From assembly GCA_963702205.1 (NCBI GenBank), contig OY969724.1, positions 1,408,001 through 1,472,000 of the forward strand: a stretch of DNA of 64,000 nucleotides, written 5' to 3'. The notes below the pieces were generated by a model. It worked only from the letters and a program-made list of their open reading frames with translations, was not told the DNA's origin and searched no databases. Shown here piece by piece: positions 31,979 through 43,610 of the stretch. This DNA comes from an uncultured candidate division Zixibacteria bacterium (GTDB taxonomy: Bacteria; Zixibacteria; MSB-5A5; GN15; PGXB01). The position numbers were made by a program, and so were the translations under genes. Every line of letters begins with the position of its first letter. Position 1 is the first letter of the stretch.

Positions 31979-32035
31979 ATGGGAGGGATATAAAAAAGGC
32001 TTAAATTTTTCCCATCCCTGGGGACGATTGCTCGT

Positions 32036-32455
32036 CTATCTCCGTGTTCTCCTTCTGGCCCTTGTCTTCGGCGCAGCCTTTTTCCTCCGGGCGGAGGCAG
32101 GCTTCTTCAGACCGAGAGCACTGATCTTCCCCCGTACCGAGGCCAGCGAGCGTCTCAATTCCCTGGCCAGTTTGGAGGCCGGCTTGGTTTTATAGCCGAC
32201 TCTCAGGGCACTGATTTCCGTAGCTGCCCAGCCCTTGCCGGCTTTGCCTCTTCTGGTGGCGGCTTTGGTTTTGGGCCCGGCTTTGGCTCTGGTCGTCGCG
32301 CGAGCTTTAGCTCTTGGCTTGGCCTTTGTCCTTGGCTTAGCTTTGGCTTTCGCTCTCGGCTTGGCTTTGGCTTTCGCTCTTGGCTTGGCTTTGGGTTTCG
32401 CTTTGGCTCTTGCTTTGGGTTTCGCTTTCGGTTTGGCTTTCTTCTTGACTGCCAT
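32036..32455 (-). CDS. Histone H1-like AKPKAK-repeat protein with C-terminal Myb/HTH-like segment
   Basis: GAAAGGAG RBS; KAKPKAKPR repeats then W...E...L...Y.....LARELRRS..SV..K...LGL. Confidence 0.75.
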   Translation of the reverse strand: MAVKKKAKPKAKPKARAKAKPKAKPRAKAKAKPRAKAKAKPRTKAKPRAKARATTRAKAGPKTKAATRRGKAGKGWAATEISALRVGYKTKPASKLARELRRSLASVRGKISALGLKKPASARRKKAAPKTRARRRTRR

Positions 32456-32739
32456 GCCGACTCCTTTCATTGGAGGTTGTTTGGGTTTGGTTTATTTCGG
32501 TTCTTGCTTTTCCTATTTGTACCGAATCTCTGCACTTCGGTTCCATGTTAAGTCACAACTACCCTTGCTGAAAGTCATGCGGCAAACCCCGTATTGCACT
32601 CATTATATCGTGTCGACAAAAGAATAGAAATGTTGAAAAAATAGTGCAAGAAAAAAATGATAAAAAAATAAAATATATTAGTGGCACGATTCACGAACCG
32701 GAGCGATGCATCGACGGATAATGCCAGATATGTACGATA

Positions 32740-35571
32740 TCAGCGCGACCCGTTGAGTTCTTTCTTGAGATATTGCCCGGTGTACGAATTATCCACGTCG
32801 GCAATCTGCTCGGGGGTACCGACGGCGATTATGCGCCCTCCGCGGTCGCCGCCTTCGGGACCGATATCGATGATATTATCGGCCGTCTTGATGACGTCTA
32901 GGTTGTGCTCTATCACCAGTACCGTATTGCCCCGATCGACCAGTTCGTTGAGCACGAGCAGCAGCATGCGAATGTCCTCGAAATGCAGTCCGGTCGTCGG
33001 TTCATCGAGAATGTACAGTGTCGACCCGGTCGCGGTTTTGGAAAGCTCCGTCGCCAGCTTGACACGCTGTGCTTCGCCGCCCGAAAGCGTGGTGGCCTGC
33101 TGTCCGAGGTGGATATATCCCAGACCGACTTTCTTCAAAGTTAGCAGTTTGCGCCGTACGGGCGGGATGCTCTCGAAGAATTCCAGCGCTTCATCGACCG
33201 TCATGTCGAGCACGTCGGCGATGGATTTCCCCTTGTATTTGATCTCCAGCGTTTCGCGGTTGAAACGCTGTCCCTTGCAGGCTTCGCACGGCACATACAC
33301 GTCGGGCAGAAAATGCATTTCGATTTTTATGATGCCATCACCCTCACAGGTCTCGCAGCGACCGCCCTTGACATTGAAAGAAAACCGTCCGGGACGATAA
33401 CCTCTCATGCGCGACTCCGGCAGGCGGGCGAAAAGGTCCCGTATAAAAGTAAAGACGCCGGTGTACGTGGCGGGGTTGGAACGGGGCGTCCGTCCGATCG
33501 GGGATTGATCGATGTCGACCACCTTGTCGATGTGTTCCAGCCCTTCGATAGATTCGTACGGCAGCGGCGTCCGCCGCGAATTATAGAACTTGCGGGCCAG
33601 GATGCGATAAAGTGTCTCGTTGATCAGGGTCGATTTGCCCGAACCGGATACGCCGGTGACGACGTTGAACACGCCGAGCGGGATGGAAACTTTTTCTTTT
33701 TTAAGATTGTTGCCCGAGGCACCCTTCAGTACGACATATTTTCCGTTGGGCGAACGGCGCTCGGTCGGAGTTTCGATTTTTCTGCGGTTGGATAGATACG
33801 CCCCGGTGAGCGATTTCTTACTCCGTTTGATCTGTACCGGGGTCCCGGCGATGACTATTTCGCCGCCCTCTTTGCCGGCGCCGGGTCCCAGATCGACCAC
33901 ATAATCGGCCTGTTCGATCGTCTCGCGATCGTGCTCGACGACTATCACCGTGTTGCCCAGATCACGCAGCTCGCACAACGTTTCGAGGAGCATGCGATTG
34001 TCGCGCTGGTGCAGGCCGATCGACGGCTCATCGAGGACGTACATCACGCCCACCAATCGCGAACCGATCTGGGTCGCGAGACGAATACGTTGCGATTCTC
34101 CGCCCGACAATGACACCGTTCCTCGGTTAAGGGTCAAATAGCCGACACCGACGTTGTCAAGAAACTCCAGACGGCTGTTGATCTCTTTGAGCACCTGTCG
34201 TGCGATCAATTCCTGCTTTTTGGTCAGCTTTAACCCGGTGAAAAACTCCCGCGCGCGCGTAACCGACATCGACGTCACCGAATCGATCGTCTCGCGGTTG
34301 ATAATCACCGACAGCGCCTCCGGCCGCAGCCTGGCGCCGTTACAGTCGGGGCAGGAGTTGATCGACATGAACTGCTCGATCCACTGTCTCACGCCCGACG
34401 ACGTCGTCTGGCGATAGCGGCGCTCCAGGTTGGGGATAACGCCTTCAAACGTGCCGTTGTAGTTCATCATGCCCCGGCCGTCGGAACGGACGTATTCGAA
34501 CTCCATTTCTTCCTTGCCGGAACCGTGAAGGATTATCTTTTGAACATTCGCGGGGAGCTTCTCGAACGGCATCGCGAATTTGAAGTCATAGTGTTTGGCC
34601 AGGGCCTTCAGCATGGTGCGATACCAGTTGGCCATGTCGGGTCCCCACGGCTTGATGGCTCCCAGGTTGAGGGACAGCGACGGATCGGGAACGACCAGAT
34701 CGGGGTTGATATTCATGATGCTGCCCAGGCCGGAACAGGTTTGGCAGGCGCCGTACGGTGAATTGAACGAAAACATTCGCGGCGTAAGTTCGTCATAACT
34801 TATATTGCAGTCACCGCAGGCAAACTGCTCGGAAAAGAGCAGGTCCTTGCCTTTGATATTTATTAGTACGCGCCCGCCCGAAGCCTTGATCGCCGTCTCA
34901 ACCGAATCGGTCAGGCGCTGCAGCGATTTACTTTTGACGACGAGACGGTCGACGACAATATCGATCGTGTGTTTGACGTTCTTCTTGAGATTGATGTCGC
35001 CGTCAGTCTCGACTATTTCACCGTCGATGCGCAGACGGACGAACCCTTCTTTGCGGGCGTTTTCGATGACGTCCTTATGCTCGCCCTTGCGGCCCTTAAC
35101 CAGCGGTGAAAGCACCATCAGCCGCGTGCCTTCCTCGAACGACAGGACCGAGTCGACTATGTCCTGCACCGTCTGGCGGGTAATCGGTTTGCCGCATTTG
35201 ATGCAGTGCCGCACCCCGATCCGGGCGAAAAGCAGTCGAAGATAATCATAAATCTCCGTCACCGTGCCGACCGTCGAGCGCGGGTTCTTGGATGTCCCCT
35301 TTTGTTCGATAGATATGGCGGGGGAGAGGCCGTCGATCAGATCGACGTCGGGCTTATCCATCAGCCCCAGAAACTGGCGGGCGTATGCGGACAGAGATTC
35401 CACGAAGCGGCGCTGGCCCTCGGCATAAATGGTATCAAAGGCCAGCGACGACTTCCCCGAGCCGGAAAGCCCGGTGATGACGATCAAATTGTTGCGCGGC
35501 AGCGTGAGATCGATATTTTTAAGATTGTGCTGCCGGGCGCCCTTTATAATAATATGTTTGTTTTCCGACAT
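32740..35571 (-). CDS. uvrA: Excinuclease ABC subunit A
   Basis: GARQHNLK, two Walker A motifs, LSGGE signatures, zinc fingers. Confidence 0.98.
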   Translation of the reverse strand: MSENKHIIIKGARQHNLKNIDLTLPRNNLIVITGLSGSGKSSLAFDTIYAEGQRRFVESLSAYARQFLGLMDKPDVDLIDGLSPAISIEQKGTSKNPRSTVGTVTEIYDYLRLLFARIGVRHCIKCGKPITRQTVQDIVDSVLSFEEGTRLMVLSPLVKGRKGEHKDVIENARKEGFVRLRIDGEIVETDGDINLKKNVKHTIDIVVDRLVVKSKSLQRLTDSVETAIKASGGRVLINIKGKDLLFSEQFACGDCNISYDELTPRMFSFNSPYGACQTCSGLGSIMNINPDLVVPDPSLSLNLGAIKPWGPDMANWYRTMLKALAKHYDFKFAMPFEKLPANVQKIILHGSGKEEMEFEYVRSDGRGMMNYNGTFEGVIPNLERRYRQTTSSGVRQWIEQFMSINSCPDCNGARLRPEALSVIINRETIDSVTSMSVTRAREFFTGLKLTKKQELIARQVLKEINSRLEFLDNVGVGYLTLNRGTVSLSGGESQRIRLATQIGSRLVGVMYVLDEPSIGLHQRDNRMLLETLCELRDLGNTVIVVEHDRETIEQADYVVDLGPGAGKEGGEIVIAGTPVQIKRSKKSLTGAYLSNRRKIETPTERRSPNGKYVVLKGASGNNLKKEKVSIPLGVFNVVTGVSGSGKSTLINETLYRILARKFYNSRRTPLPYESIEGLEHIDKVVDIDQSPIGRTPRSNPATYTGVFTFIRDLFARLPESRMRGYRPGRFSFNVKGGRCETCEGDGIIKIEMHFLPDVYVPCEACKGQRFNRETLEIKYKGKSIADVLDMTVDEALEFFESIPPVRRKLLTLKKVGLGYIHLGQQATTLSGGEAQRVKLATELSKTATGSTLYILDEPTTGLHFEDIRMLLLVLNELVDRGNTVLVIEHNLDVIKTADNIIDIGPEGGDRGGRIIAVGTPEQIADVDNSYTGQYLKKELNGSR

Positions 35572-35740
35572 ATTTTCCTTAAACATCCTTAAATTTGCGA
35601 AGTGCCCAAATCCGGCGTAACCTATAATATAATTAATAGCGGCGAAATCAGGCCAGTATTTTTGGAATATTTAAATGATTTAATATTTGGTCCAAATCAC
35701 ATATTTCAATATTCGGCGCTTGTTATTATATTGGACTTTC

Positions 35741-36586
35741 ATGCAGCGCAAACTGACGATAAAAAAAGGACCGGATATTGGCCTCCATCGGCAGGATTGC
35801 CTTAAGGGTATGGCCCGGAAGGTTAAGCCGGGGTCAGTCGATATCGTCGTGACGTCGCCGCCGTATAATATCGGAGTGGCGTACGGCCGTTATGACGACA
35901 ACCGGCCTCTCGATGATTATCTGGCCTGGCTGGCCGAGTGGGGGAGAGCCGTCGAGAAGGCCCTCAACGATGGGGGATCGCTCTTTTTGAATATCGGTTC
36001 CAAACCGACCGAGCCGGAAATCCCCTTCCGCGTGCTCGACAGCCTGCTGGGGAGCTTCAGGCTCCAGAATGTCATTCACTGGGTCAAGTCAATATATATC
36101 GAAGCCGAAAGCTACCACAATAATATCGAAATCAACGTCGGACACTATAAACCGATCAACAGCCCGCGCTTTTTGAATGACACCCATGAATATATATTTC
36201 ACCTGACCAAAACCGGGAACGTCCCGCTCGACCGTCTCGCTCTGGGGGTGCCGTACAAAGACGTCTCCAATGTAACACGCTGGAACGACGGGAAGTCGAA
36301 CATTCGTTGTCGCGGCAACTGCTGGTTCATTCCGTATGAAACAATCCAAAACCGTAAAAACGACCGTCCGCACCCGGCGTCGTTTCCGCCGCAACTGGCG
36401 GAGAATTGCATCCGACTGCACGGTTATCACCCGGAAACGCTGGTGATGGACCCGTTTACGGGCATCGGCAGTACCGCCCTGGCCTGCCATCGGCTGGGTG
36501 TGAAATTCATCGGATTCGAGATTGATCCGTATTATATAAAAACGGCCCGGGCGAGACTGGCGCAAACGGTCAAGTCGGGTCAATAA
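35741..36586 (+). CDS. Orphan beta-class amino DNA methyltransferase (likely m4C)
   Basis: TSPPY precedes HPASFP and DPFTGIGST; no adjacent endonuclease. Confidence 0.9.
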   Translation: MQRKLTIKKGPDIGLHRQDCLKGMARKVKPGSVDIVVTSPPYNIGVAYGRYDDNRPLDDYLAWLAEWGRAVEKALNDGGSLFLNIGSKPTEPEIPFRVLDSLLGSFRLQNVIHWVKSIYIEAESYHNNIEINVGHYKPINSPRFLNDTHEYIFHLTKTGNVPLDRLALGVPYKDVSNVTRWNDGKSNIRCRGNCWFIPYETIQNRKNDRPHPASFPPQLAENCIRLHGYHPETLVMDPFTGIGSTALACHRLGVKFIGFEIDPYYIKTARARLAQTVKSGQ

Positions 36587-36627
36587 ATGCTTGACAATTT
36601 GGCAGGACTTTATAACTTTCCGACTCT

Positions 36628-37230
36628 ATGAGCGATACTGGACGCCGCAAATATTTCGAGCAGTTTGTCGATGAATGGGACAAAATGTTCACCGCCGAGG
36701 AACTGGAACTCCTCGAGTTTCTGATCGATTCATTTGATTTCAGAAAAGGCTATAAAATTGCCGATCTCGGGTGCGGGACAGGTGTCATGTTCGATATCAT
36801 CCGCCGCCGTATCGGCCCCGAAGGTATCATTGTCGGAGTGGATTTCTGTTCCCGTATGCTCGAGAAAGCCCGCATGAATTTTCCTTTCGATAATATCTAC
36901 ACCGTCGACGGCGACGTTGAAGACCTGCCTCTTAAAAGCGGTGCCTTCGATATCGCCCTGACATTCGCGGCCTTTGCTCATTTCAGCAATCAGAAACGGG
37001 CCATGGAGGAATCGGCGCGCATTCTCAAAACAGGCGGCAAGTTTTACGTGATACATCTCGTGTCGTCGTCGGAGCTCGAAGAGGAACATCATCAAATGGG
37101 CGGACCAATCGCCGAGGACCGTCTCCCGGCCCGCGAGGATATGATGCAGCTTTTCATCGACGGGGGCTTTAAAGACGTCAAAATAACTGATCACCCCGGG
37201 CTGTATCTGGCCCAGGGTATCAAGGTCTGA
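36628..37230 (+). CDS. Class I SAM-dependent methyltransferase
   Basis: DLGCGTG, GVD, GDVEDLP, RILKTGG. Confidence 0.9.
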   Translation: MSDTGRRKYFEQFVDEWDKMFTAEELELLEFLIDSFDFRKGYKIADLGCGTGVMFDIIRRRIGPEGIIVGVDFCSRMLEKARMNFPFDNIYTVDGDVEDLPLKSGAFDIALTFAAFAHFSNQKRAMEESARILKTGGKFYVIHLVSSSELEEEHHQMGGPIAEDRLPAREDMMQLFIDGGFKDVKITDHPGLYLAQGIKV

Positions 37231-37231
37231 T

Positions 37232-37771
37232 TTGTCCCATCGACATATAACCCATACGGCCCTGTATCTGGCCGTCGCTTTGGCCCTGCCCTACGCTTTT
37301 CACCTGACCGGTTTGGGTGGCCGGATGTTTCTGCCGATGCATCTGCCGGTCCTGGTCTGCGGAATGGCTCTGGGTCCGCTTCACGGTATTTTGGTCGGGC
37401 TGCTGGCCCCGCCTTTGTCGCATCTAATGACGGGCATGCCGCCGACGTACGCCGTCCCGTTGATGTCGCTGGAACTGCCGATGTACGCTCTGGTCGGCGG
37501 ATTAGCCTATAAGAAACTGAATTTGAATATATATATCGCGCTGGTCGCGGCCATGATTTTCGGCCGTTTGGCTTTCGCGCTGGGTCTGGCGGTTCTGGGG
37601 ATGTTTATGGCGTTGCCGTACGGACCGGTTCAATTTATCGCCGCCGGCGGAGCCATGCTTACGGGTTGGCCGGGGGTTTTGGTTCAGTTTATCATCATTC
37701 CGCCGGTCGTCGCGGCCATCAAGCGATCCTTTCATCCGGCTGCCGGCAACACTGGACCGGCCAGGACATAA
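37232..37771 (+). CDS. ECF transporter S component
   Basis: Hydrophobic; FLPMHLPVL..G...GP..G, P.LS...TGMPP. Confidence 0.85.
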   Translation: MSHRHITHTALYLAVALALPYAFHLTGLGGRMFLPMHLPVLVCGMALGPLHGILVGLLAPPLSHLMTGMPPTYAVPLMSLELPMYALVGGLAYKKLNLNIYIALVAAMIFGRLAFALGLAVLGMFMALPYGPVQFIAAGGAMLTGWPGVLVQFIIIPPVVAAIKRSFHPAAGNTGPART

Positions 37772-37851
37772 AAAAACCGATACGGTAAGGTATCGGTTTA
37801 AATCGTATCCATGCCCGCCCCGTCTTAAAGGGCGTTACATTATAAAATCTA

Positions 37852-38034
37852 CTATCTGCCTTCTTTGAAAAGAACGTGCTTTTTCACGACCGGGTCGTAT
37901 TTTTTCAACTGCATCCGGTCGGGATTGTTGCGCTTGTTCTTTTTCATAGTGTAGGTATAAGGGCTTTCGGTCGATCTCATCTTGATGATCACGACGTTCT
38001 TATTCTTACTTTTGCCGCCTGTCTTTTTGGCCAT
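37852..38034 (-). CDS. rpmG: 50S ribosomal protein L33 (Cys-free form)
   Basis: Y...[15 protein letters not shown]...KHVLFKE. Confidence 0.95.
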   Translation of the reverse strand: MAKKTGGKSKNKNVVIIKMRSTESPYTYTMKKNKRNNPDRMQLKKYDPVVKKHVLFKEGR

Positions 38035-38238
38035 TTCTATAATCTCCTTGTCTTGCTTTCAAATCAAACGGTCCGGGAATATATTCCGGGCCGGTCTCAC
38101 AAAATACGCGCAATTGCGAATTTGTCCAGCCCCTTTTTATTGTTTTCGGAAGAAAATGCCGGAAATAAAGTCCTTTCGGATGTCGTCCCGGAAGGTTTAA
38201 TTCACCAGTTTTGTGCCCCGGCCCGGCAGATTCCGAAT

Positions 38239-39789
38239 TTACTCCATGGCGCTGCAGGCGTCTATCGGCCCGACGCCGTCAAAATAGATAAAATCGATCA
38301 GGTACAATATATCCAACAGGTTGTTGCGACAATCACCATTGCAGTCTCCGCGCTGCTCGAAAGAATAAGGATCACCGCCGTAAAGAGAATGGATCATGGA
38401 CAGGATATCGAGCAGGTTGATTTCGCAGTCATCGTTGAAATCACCGGCAATCTGAAGAGTGAGTGAATAGGCGAAACCAATTCCCCAGATACTTCCCGGG
38501 GCGGCCGCGCTGTACCAAACCGGAATGTAAAAGCAGCTCTCAGTCGAGTCGAACAAGAACGTCGCCCGATACATATAATAATCCCATTGTCCCCGAGGGC
38601 CGTGCTTGACCGTTTCGCCGAGGAATTCCCAGTTAAGCCCGTCATCGCTGACAAACAGCATTTCTCCGAGGGTGTCGTACGTATTCGTATTCAGAGGATT
38701 CAAGGCTCCCAGCATATAATACCGGCCATCCCGGGACCATTGGTTGATTTTCATGTGCCAGAGCTGCTCTTTATAAAAGGGCATTTCAACAAAGCACGTA
38801 TCCGCTTTCACCCAGTGGTCCCCGATAAGGGGAATTTCCATGCGTATCATCTGCGTGCCGGACGTGAAATCTCGATAATCGATGGACCAAAGCCAGTAAT
38901 TACCGTTGGGGGCTCGGGCTACGGTCGGGGATATGAGATTCCACGGGGTATAATAGTCGGTGGAAACCTGATCGTTGTCGACGACGATAAGGGTATCTGT
39001 CTGTTTCCAATCGATGCCATTTCGGGAGAAAAAGCCGTAAAGAATTTCAATGCCCATCGAACCCTTGTACCAACGGAAGATGAGATAAACCCCTCCCGCC
39101 GTCGAATCATAAACCAGCTCTGGGTCGGAATTATGCCCCATAAGTTTCTCGGATTTCAAGCTAAAGCGGTAAGCCTGATCCCATATTGTATCGGGGTCGA
39201 TCAGGCCGGTTTCACCCGGATTAGACTGTCCGAAGGTTGTTACCGGGTCTCTGACCCACACCGTATCCAGGGTCCCATCTTCACCGGTGGGGTCTATCCC
39301 GACGGCAAACGGACGACACCAACCACCAAAGCGCCAATTGCTGACCCGGATCGTCGGATCCTCGAATGCGGCGCTGCCGTACGGACTCGGGGTCATGGTC
39401 ATCCAGTATTTCCATTTCGGGGTATCGGTTGCCGCGATAATGGTGTCGAGAATGCCATCCCGGTCATAGCCGATAACCTCGTGCGACGGTTCCGGTCCGA
39501 ATCCTTCTTCGCGGTAAAAGATGTCGGGATGCACTACCTGGTTGGAGCCCATGAAAGCCATGGCAAAGTCGATCGTCCCGTTTTTTTCATCGTGGAAACA
39601 ATGCCCCGGACAGGACTTTGCGTCCTTTGATTGAATTTGCCCATCCAAAAGACCGGAGATCGTTTCGGATGAGCCGACTGGATGTTCTGTTAATGGAATT
39701 TCTTCATTGGCAGACAACCCGTGGCTGTAGCGGGCGCTTAAAAACAGGCCGCAGAACAAGGCATAACGCAATAAATTACGCATACCCAC
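38239..39789 (-). CDS. Secreted beta-propeller (glycoside hydrolase-like) protein with C-terminal dockerin-like domain
   Basis: HPD, EDP, SDP, SP blade motifs; S.DG..W boxes; GDFNDD..INLLDI / GDCNGD..NLLDILYLI. Confidence 0.7.
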   Translation of the reverse strand: MGMRNLLRYALFCGLFLSARYSHGLSANEEIPLTEHPVGSSETISGLLDGQIQSKDAKSCPGHCFHDEKNGTIDFAMAFMGSNQVVHPDIFYREEGFGPEPSHEVIGYDRDGILDTIIAATDTPKWKYWMTMTPSPYGSAAFEDPTIRVSNWRFGGWCRPFAVGIDPTGEDGTLDTVWVRDPVTTFGQSNPGETGLIDPDTIWDQAYRFSLKSEKLMGHNSDPELVYDSTAGGVYLIFRWYKGSMGIEILYGFFSRNGIDWKQTDTLIVVDNDQVSTDYYTPWNLISPTVARAPNGNYWLWSIDYRDFTSGTQMIRMEIPLIGDHWVKADTCFVEMPFYKEQLWHMKINQWSRDGRYYMLGALNPLNTNTYDTLGEMLFVSDDGLNWEFLGETVKHGPRGQWDYYMYRATFLFDSTESCFYIPVWYSAAAPGSIWGIGFAYSLTLQIAGDFNDDCEINLLDILSMIHSLYGGDPYSFEQRGDCNGDCRNNLLDILYLIDFIYFDGVGPIDACSAME

Positions 39790-40069
39790 CCCACACTTAT
39801 TGCCCGTCGATGTAGCTTTGTCGCAGGAGATTATTGTTAGCTAATAATAATGTACCTCAAGATCGGTTTTCGTCAATAAGTAAAACAGCACGGCATAAAA
39901 ATAAATTGGATCGACTGGGTATACTTTTTGATTACAGCGCCACTTTCTGTAAAAGCCTCCAATTCGGAGCACCGGATTCACCATCCTTGCCATTGCCAAA
40001 AACGTTGAATTTTAGTATCTTCCGGGCCTGTTAACTGCCTGAAAAATCGGTCTAAGAAAAGGATAAATT

Positions 40070-42496
40070 ATGGCTCTCGAACGCGAAAAAATTGTCCCTA
40101 TAAATCTCGAAGACGAGATGAAGCATTCTTATCTCGACTACTCAATGTCAGTCATAACCAACCGGGCGCTGCCGGACGTACGCGACGGTTTGAAACCGTC
40201 CAACCGCCGCATTCTGGTAGCCATGCACGATCTTCGCCTGGCGCCGGGGCGGCCGTTCAGGAAATGCGCCAAGATCGCCGGTGATACTTCCGGCAACTAC
40301 CACCCCCACGGCGAACAGGTCGTCTATCCGACTTTGGTACGTATGGCGCAGGATTTCAATATGCGCTATCCCCTGGTCGACGGACAGGGCAATTTCGGAT
40401 CAATCGACGGCGACGGGGCGGCGGCCATGCGATACACCGAAGCGCGGCTGACACCGATTGCGATGGAAATGCTGGCCGATCTCGAAAAAGAGACGGTCGA
40501 TATGATGGCCAACTATGATGAAACCCGTCAGGAACCGAAAGTTCTTCCGGGTAAATTCCCCAACCTGATCTGCAACGGGACCTCGGGTATCGCGGTCGGG
40601 ATGGCCTCGAATATTCCGCCGCACAACCTGGGCGAAATTGTCGACGCCGCCTGTGCCGTGATCGACAACGAAGACATCACCAATAAAGAACTTATGGAAT
40701 ATGTGCCGGGTCCGGATTTCCCGACCGGCGGGATTATCAACGGACGAAACGGTATCCGCGAAGCCTACGAAACCGGAAAAGGGCGCATTATCGTCCGCGC
40801 CCGCGCGGCCGTCGAGAAAAATAAAAGCGGCAAAGACAGTATTGTTGTCACCGAAATCCCGTTTCAGGTCAACAAATCCAACCTGCTTGAAAAAATCGCC
40901 GACCTGGTCAGGGATAAAAAGATCGAAGGCATCTCCGATCTTCGCGATGAATCCGACCGTGACGGCATGAGAATCGTGATCGAACTCAAGCGCGACGCCC
41001 AGGCCGAGATCATTCTCAACCAGCTATACAAAAACACCTTTATGCAGGCAACCTTCGGGGTTATGATGCTGACGCTGGTCGATGGCATCCCGAATTTCCT
41101 GACCCTCAAACAGATGCTTTCGGAATACGTGCGGCACCGCCACGAGGTGGTCGTGCGTCGCACCCAGTTCGATCTTAATAAGGCCGAGGAACGGGCGCAC
41201 ATTCTCGAAGGGTACAAAATTGCGCTGGACAATATCGACGCCGTCATCGAGTTGATTAAAAAATCCAAGGACACACCGACCGCTCGCGACGGCCTGATGA
41301 ATAAATTCAAATTGTCGGAAAAGCAGGCCAACGCCATTCTCGAAATGAGGCTGGCTCGCCTGACCGGTCTGGAACGTCAGAAAATCGAAGAAGAATATCT
41401 CGCGACCATAAAACTGATCGAGGAGCTGCGCGGTATTCTGGCCTCCAAAGCCCGCCGGATGAAAATCATCAAGGACGAGCTCAAGGAACTCAGGAAAAAG
41501 TACGCCGACGAACGTCGCACCGAAATTCAGGACGAGGCCGAAGAATTCACGGTCGAGGATTTGATCGCCGAAGAGGATATGGTCATCACCATCTCGCACC
41601 TCGGGTATGTCAAACGGCTGCCGGTGACATCGTACCGCCGCCAGAATCGGGGCGGACGTGGCGTGATCGGCATCGAAACCAAGGAAACCGATTTCGCCGA
41701 GCACCTGTTTATCGCGTCGACCCACGACTATATCCTGTTCTTTTCCAACAAGGGGCAGGTGTACTGGGTTAAGGTGCATTCGATCCCGACCGGCGGACGA
41801 CTCGCCAAGGGCAAACCGATCGTGAATATGGTTAACCTCAAGGACGGTGAAATTATCACGGCCTTCTGCAAAGTGCGCGATTTTGACGACCAGCATTTTG
41901 TCGTCATGGCCACCCGCGAAGGGGTCGTCAAAAAAACCTCGCTCGATAATTTCTCCAACCCGCGCCGTGACGGCATCATCGCCACCAGCCTGCCGGACAC
42001 CGATGAACTGATCGAGGCCGCTATCACCGATGGGACTTTTGATATTATTCTGGCGACACATAAGGGCCAGGCGATACGGTTCCCTGAGGATAAAGTGCGC
42101 GGTATGGGCCGCAATGCCTACGGTGTCAAGGGCATCACGCTCGGCAAGGACGATTTCCTGGTCGGCATGGTCGTGGTCAAGCGCGAAAGCACGCTGTTGA
42201 CCGTGACCGAAAACGGCTTTGGTAAACGGACCGCCGTTGCCGATTACCGGGTGACCAACCGGGGTGGAAAAGGGATTATCAATATCAAAACCAGCGACCG
42301 TAACGGGCATGTGATTGACGTCAAAGAAGTGGTGGAAGATGAAGAGTTGATATTGATAACCAGGAAGGGCATAACCAACCGCCAGCAGGTGAAGCAAATC
42401 AAGGTCATCAGCCGCAACACGCAGGGCGTGAAGCTGATCAGCTTGGACAAAGGCGATCAGCTCAAAGACGTCGCCCGAGTGGCGAAGGAAGAATAG
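40070..42496 (+). CDS. gyrA: DNA gyrase subunit A
   Basis: [24 protein letters not shown], GyrA-box QNRGGRG. Confidence 0.96.
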   Translation: MALEREKIVPINLEDEMKHSYLDYSMSVITNRALPDVRDGLKPSNRRILVAMHDLRLAPGRPFRKCAKIAGDTSGNYHPHGEQVVYPTLVRMAQDFNMRYPLVDGQGNFGSIDGDGAAAMRYTEARLTPIAMEMLADLEKETVDMMANYDETRQEPKVLPGKFPNLICNGTSGIAVGMASNIPPHNLGEIVDAACAVIDNEDITNKELMEYVPGPDFPTGGIINGRNGIREAYETGKGRIIVRARAAVEKNKSGKDSIVVTEIPFQVNKSNLLEKIADLVRDKKIEGISDLRDESDRDGMRIVIELKRDAQAEIILNQLYKNTFMQATFGVMMLTLVDGIPNFLTLKQMLSEYVRHRHEVVVRRTQFDLNKAEERAHILEGYKIALDNIDAVIELIKKSKDTPTARDGLMNKFKLSEKQANAILEMRLARLTGLERQKIEEEYLATIKLIEELRGILASKARRMKIIKDELKELRKKYADERRTEIQDEAEEFTVEDLIAEEDMVITISHLGYVKRLPVTSYRRQNRGGRGVIGIETKETDFAEHLFIASTHDYILFFSNKGQVYWVKVHSIPTGGRLAKGKPIVNMVNLKDGEIITAFCKVRDFDDQHFVVMATREGVVKKTSLDNFSNPRRDGIIATSLPDTDELIEAAITDGTFDIILATHKGQAIRFPEDKVRGMGRNAYGVKGITLGKDDFLVGMVVVKRESTLLTVTENGFGKRTAVADYRVTNRGGKGIINIKTSDRNGHVIDVKEVVEDEELILITRKGITNRQQVKQIKVISRNTQGVKLISLDKGDQLKDVARVAKEE

Positions 42497-42523
42497 TAGA
42501 TTTCAGGATTTCAATATTATCAA

Positions 42524-42592
42524 TGTCATTCCCGCGAAAGCGGGAATCCAGAAGAATTAAGAACTGGATCCCGGGTCAAGCCCGGGATGACA
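42524..42592. repeat. GTCATTCCCGCGAAAGCGGGAATCCA-type palindromic element (dRS3/RPE-like)
   Basis: TGTCATTCCCGCGAAAGCGGGAATCCAG...CTGGATCCCGGGTCAAGCCCGGGATGACA. Confidence 0.75.
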
Positions 42593-42622
42593 ATGATCCG
42601 GATTGTGAGCGGCAGACGCCCC

Positions 42623-42775
42623 GAGGCTGTCCCAAAAGTGTTCCGTCGGGTGTTGATTTCGACGCAGTCGAAATTGTCACCCGACGGAAACCGTTGAAAG
42701 ACCGCAGGGTCACATCCCGACTTCGTCGGGACAAGACCCCGCGGAACTTAAAAAGAGTACTTTTGAGACAGCCTC
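42623..42775. mobile_element. 153-bp MITE, copy 2 (inverted), inside a REP hairpin
   Basis: About 4 differences from 624-776; flanked by AGCGGCAGAC and GTCTGCCGCT. Confidence 0.85.
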
Positions 42776-42825
42776 TCCCGGTCTGCCGCTTTATTGCTTT
42801 TGCACCATACAGTCGATAATTAACC

Positions 42826-43371
42826 ATGCGCCGAAATGACAAAGAAATCAAAGACCGAAAGGTCATCAACAAAATACTCGATTCGTGTACTATCGGATAT
42901 CTGGGCACGGTCGGGCTTGACGGTTCACCGATGGTCAAGCCGGTCAATTTCGTGCGGGTCGATAATGCTATTTATTTCCACACCGCCAAGGAAGGGGAGA
43001 AGATCGAACATATCCGTCGCGATGACCGCGTTTGTTTCACTGTCGCGCAACGGCTGGCGTATGTAGAAGCCGGACGCAAGGCGTGCAAGGCGGGATATTT
43101 GTACCGTTCGGTGATTGTTAAGGGGTTAGCTTATTTAATCGACAATAATGGAGAGAAATTGACGGCCTTGAACGCCCTTATGGCCAAGCACCAACCCGAT
43201 GATACATTTGATCCGATTGACTCCGCGCAGTTAGAAAAAACCGGCGTCGTGCGCATAAACATCGAAAGCATTACCGGCAAAGAAGACCTCGGTAAAGGAC
43301 CATTGAGAGAGAAAGTGCTGAAAGCCCTTGAAGACGGGGCGGGTTTGCCGTTGGTGTTGGATGAGAAATAA
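42826..43371 (+). CDS. Pyridoxamine 5'-phosphate oxidase-like flavin-binding protein (NimA-like)
   Basis: MRR.DKEI, IYFHTA.EG.K, VCF, YRSVI..G, ITGK. Confidence 0.88.
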   Translation: MRRNDKEIKDRKVINKILDSCTIGYLGTVGLDGSPMVKPVNFVRVDNAIYFHTAKEGEKIEHIRRDDRVCFTVAQRLAYVEAGRKACKAGYLYRSVIVKGLAYLIDNNGEKLTALNALMAKHQPDDTFDPIDSAQLEKTGVVRINIESITGKEDLGKGPLREKVLKALEDGAGLPLVLDEK

Positions 43372-43393
43372 AACAGCTTGATTGACAATTCTT

Positions 43394-43594
43394 GAAGGTC
43401 GAAACCCCCGCCGAAGGTCCTTCGCGCAGCGAAGGAGGTTTCGACATCTTTATATTATTTGCAATATATCAATATTCGCATGATGCAACTATAGCCAATA
43501 TTCTATGTATGAGTGACCCAATTTATTAAACATGTTGCCCAATATGAAAATGTCACGGCAAAAGAGTGTCGAAAGCGCAGGGCTTTCGACCTAC
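43394..43594. repeat. REP-like doublet with AT-rich spacer
   Basis: GAAGGTCGAAACC...GGTTTCGACA and TGTCGAAAGC...GCTTTCGACCTAC. Confidence 0.6.
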
Positions 43595-43610
43595 CAAGGC
43601 CTAAAATCAA

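Noticed and set aside
32570..32600. c-di-GMP-I riboswitch (GGCAAAC)
   Set aside because: Wrong strand for the adjacent gene and the rest of the motif is absent.
32610..32636. Sigma28 promoter for the second histone-like gene (TCAA-N15-GTCGACAC)
   Set aside because: Several mismatches to consensus and an overlapping sigma70-like TTGCAC...TATTCT; not supportable.
38587..39630. Long antisense ORFs (also 41024-42397, 9625-10869, 47260-48366)
   Set aside because: They lie opposite well-supported genes and show no motifs; expected from codon bias.
40070..42496. parC rather than gyrA because gyrB is not adjacent
   Set aside because: A GyrA-box (QNRGGRG) and full C-terminal repeats are present; unlinked gyrA and gyrB are common.
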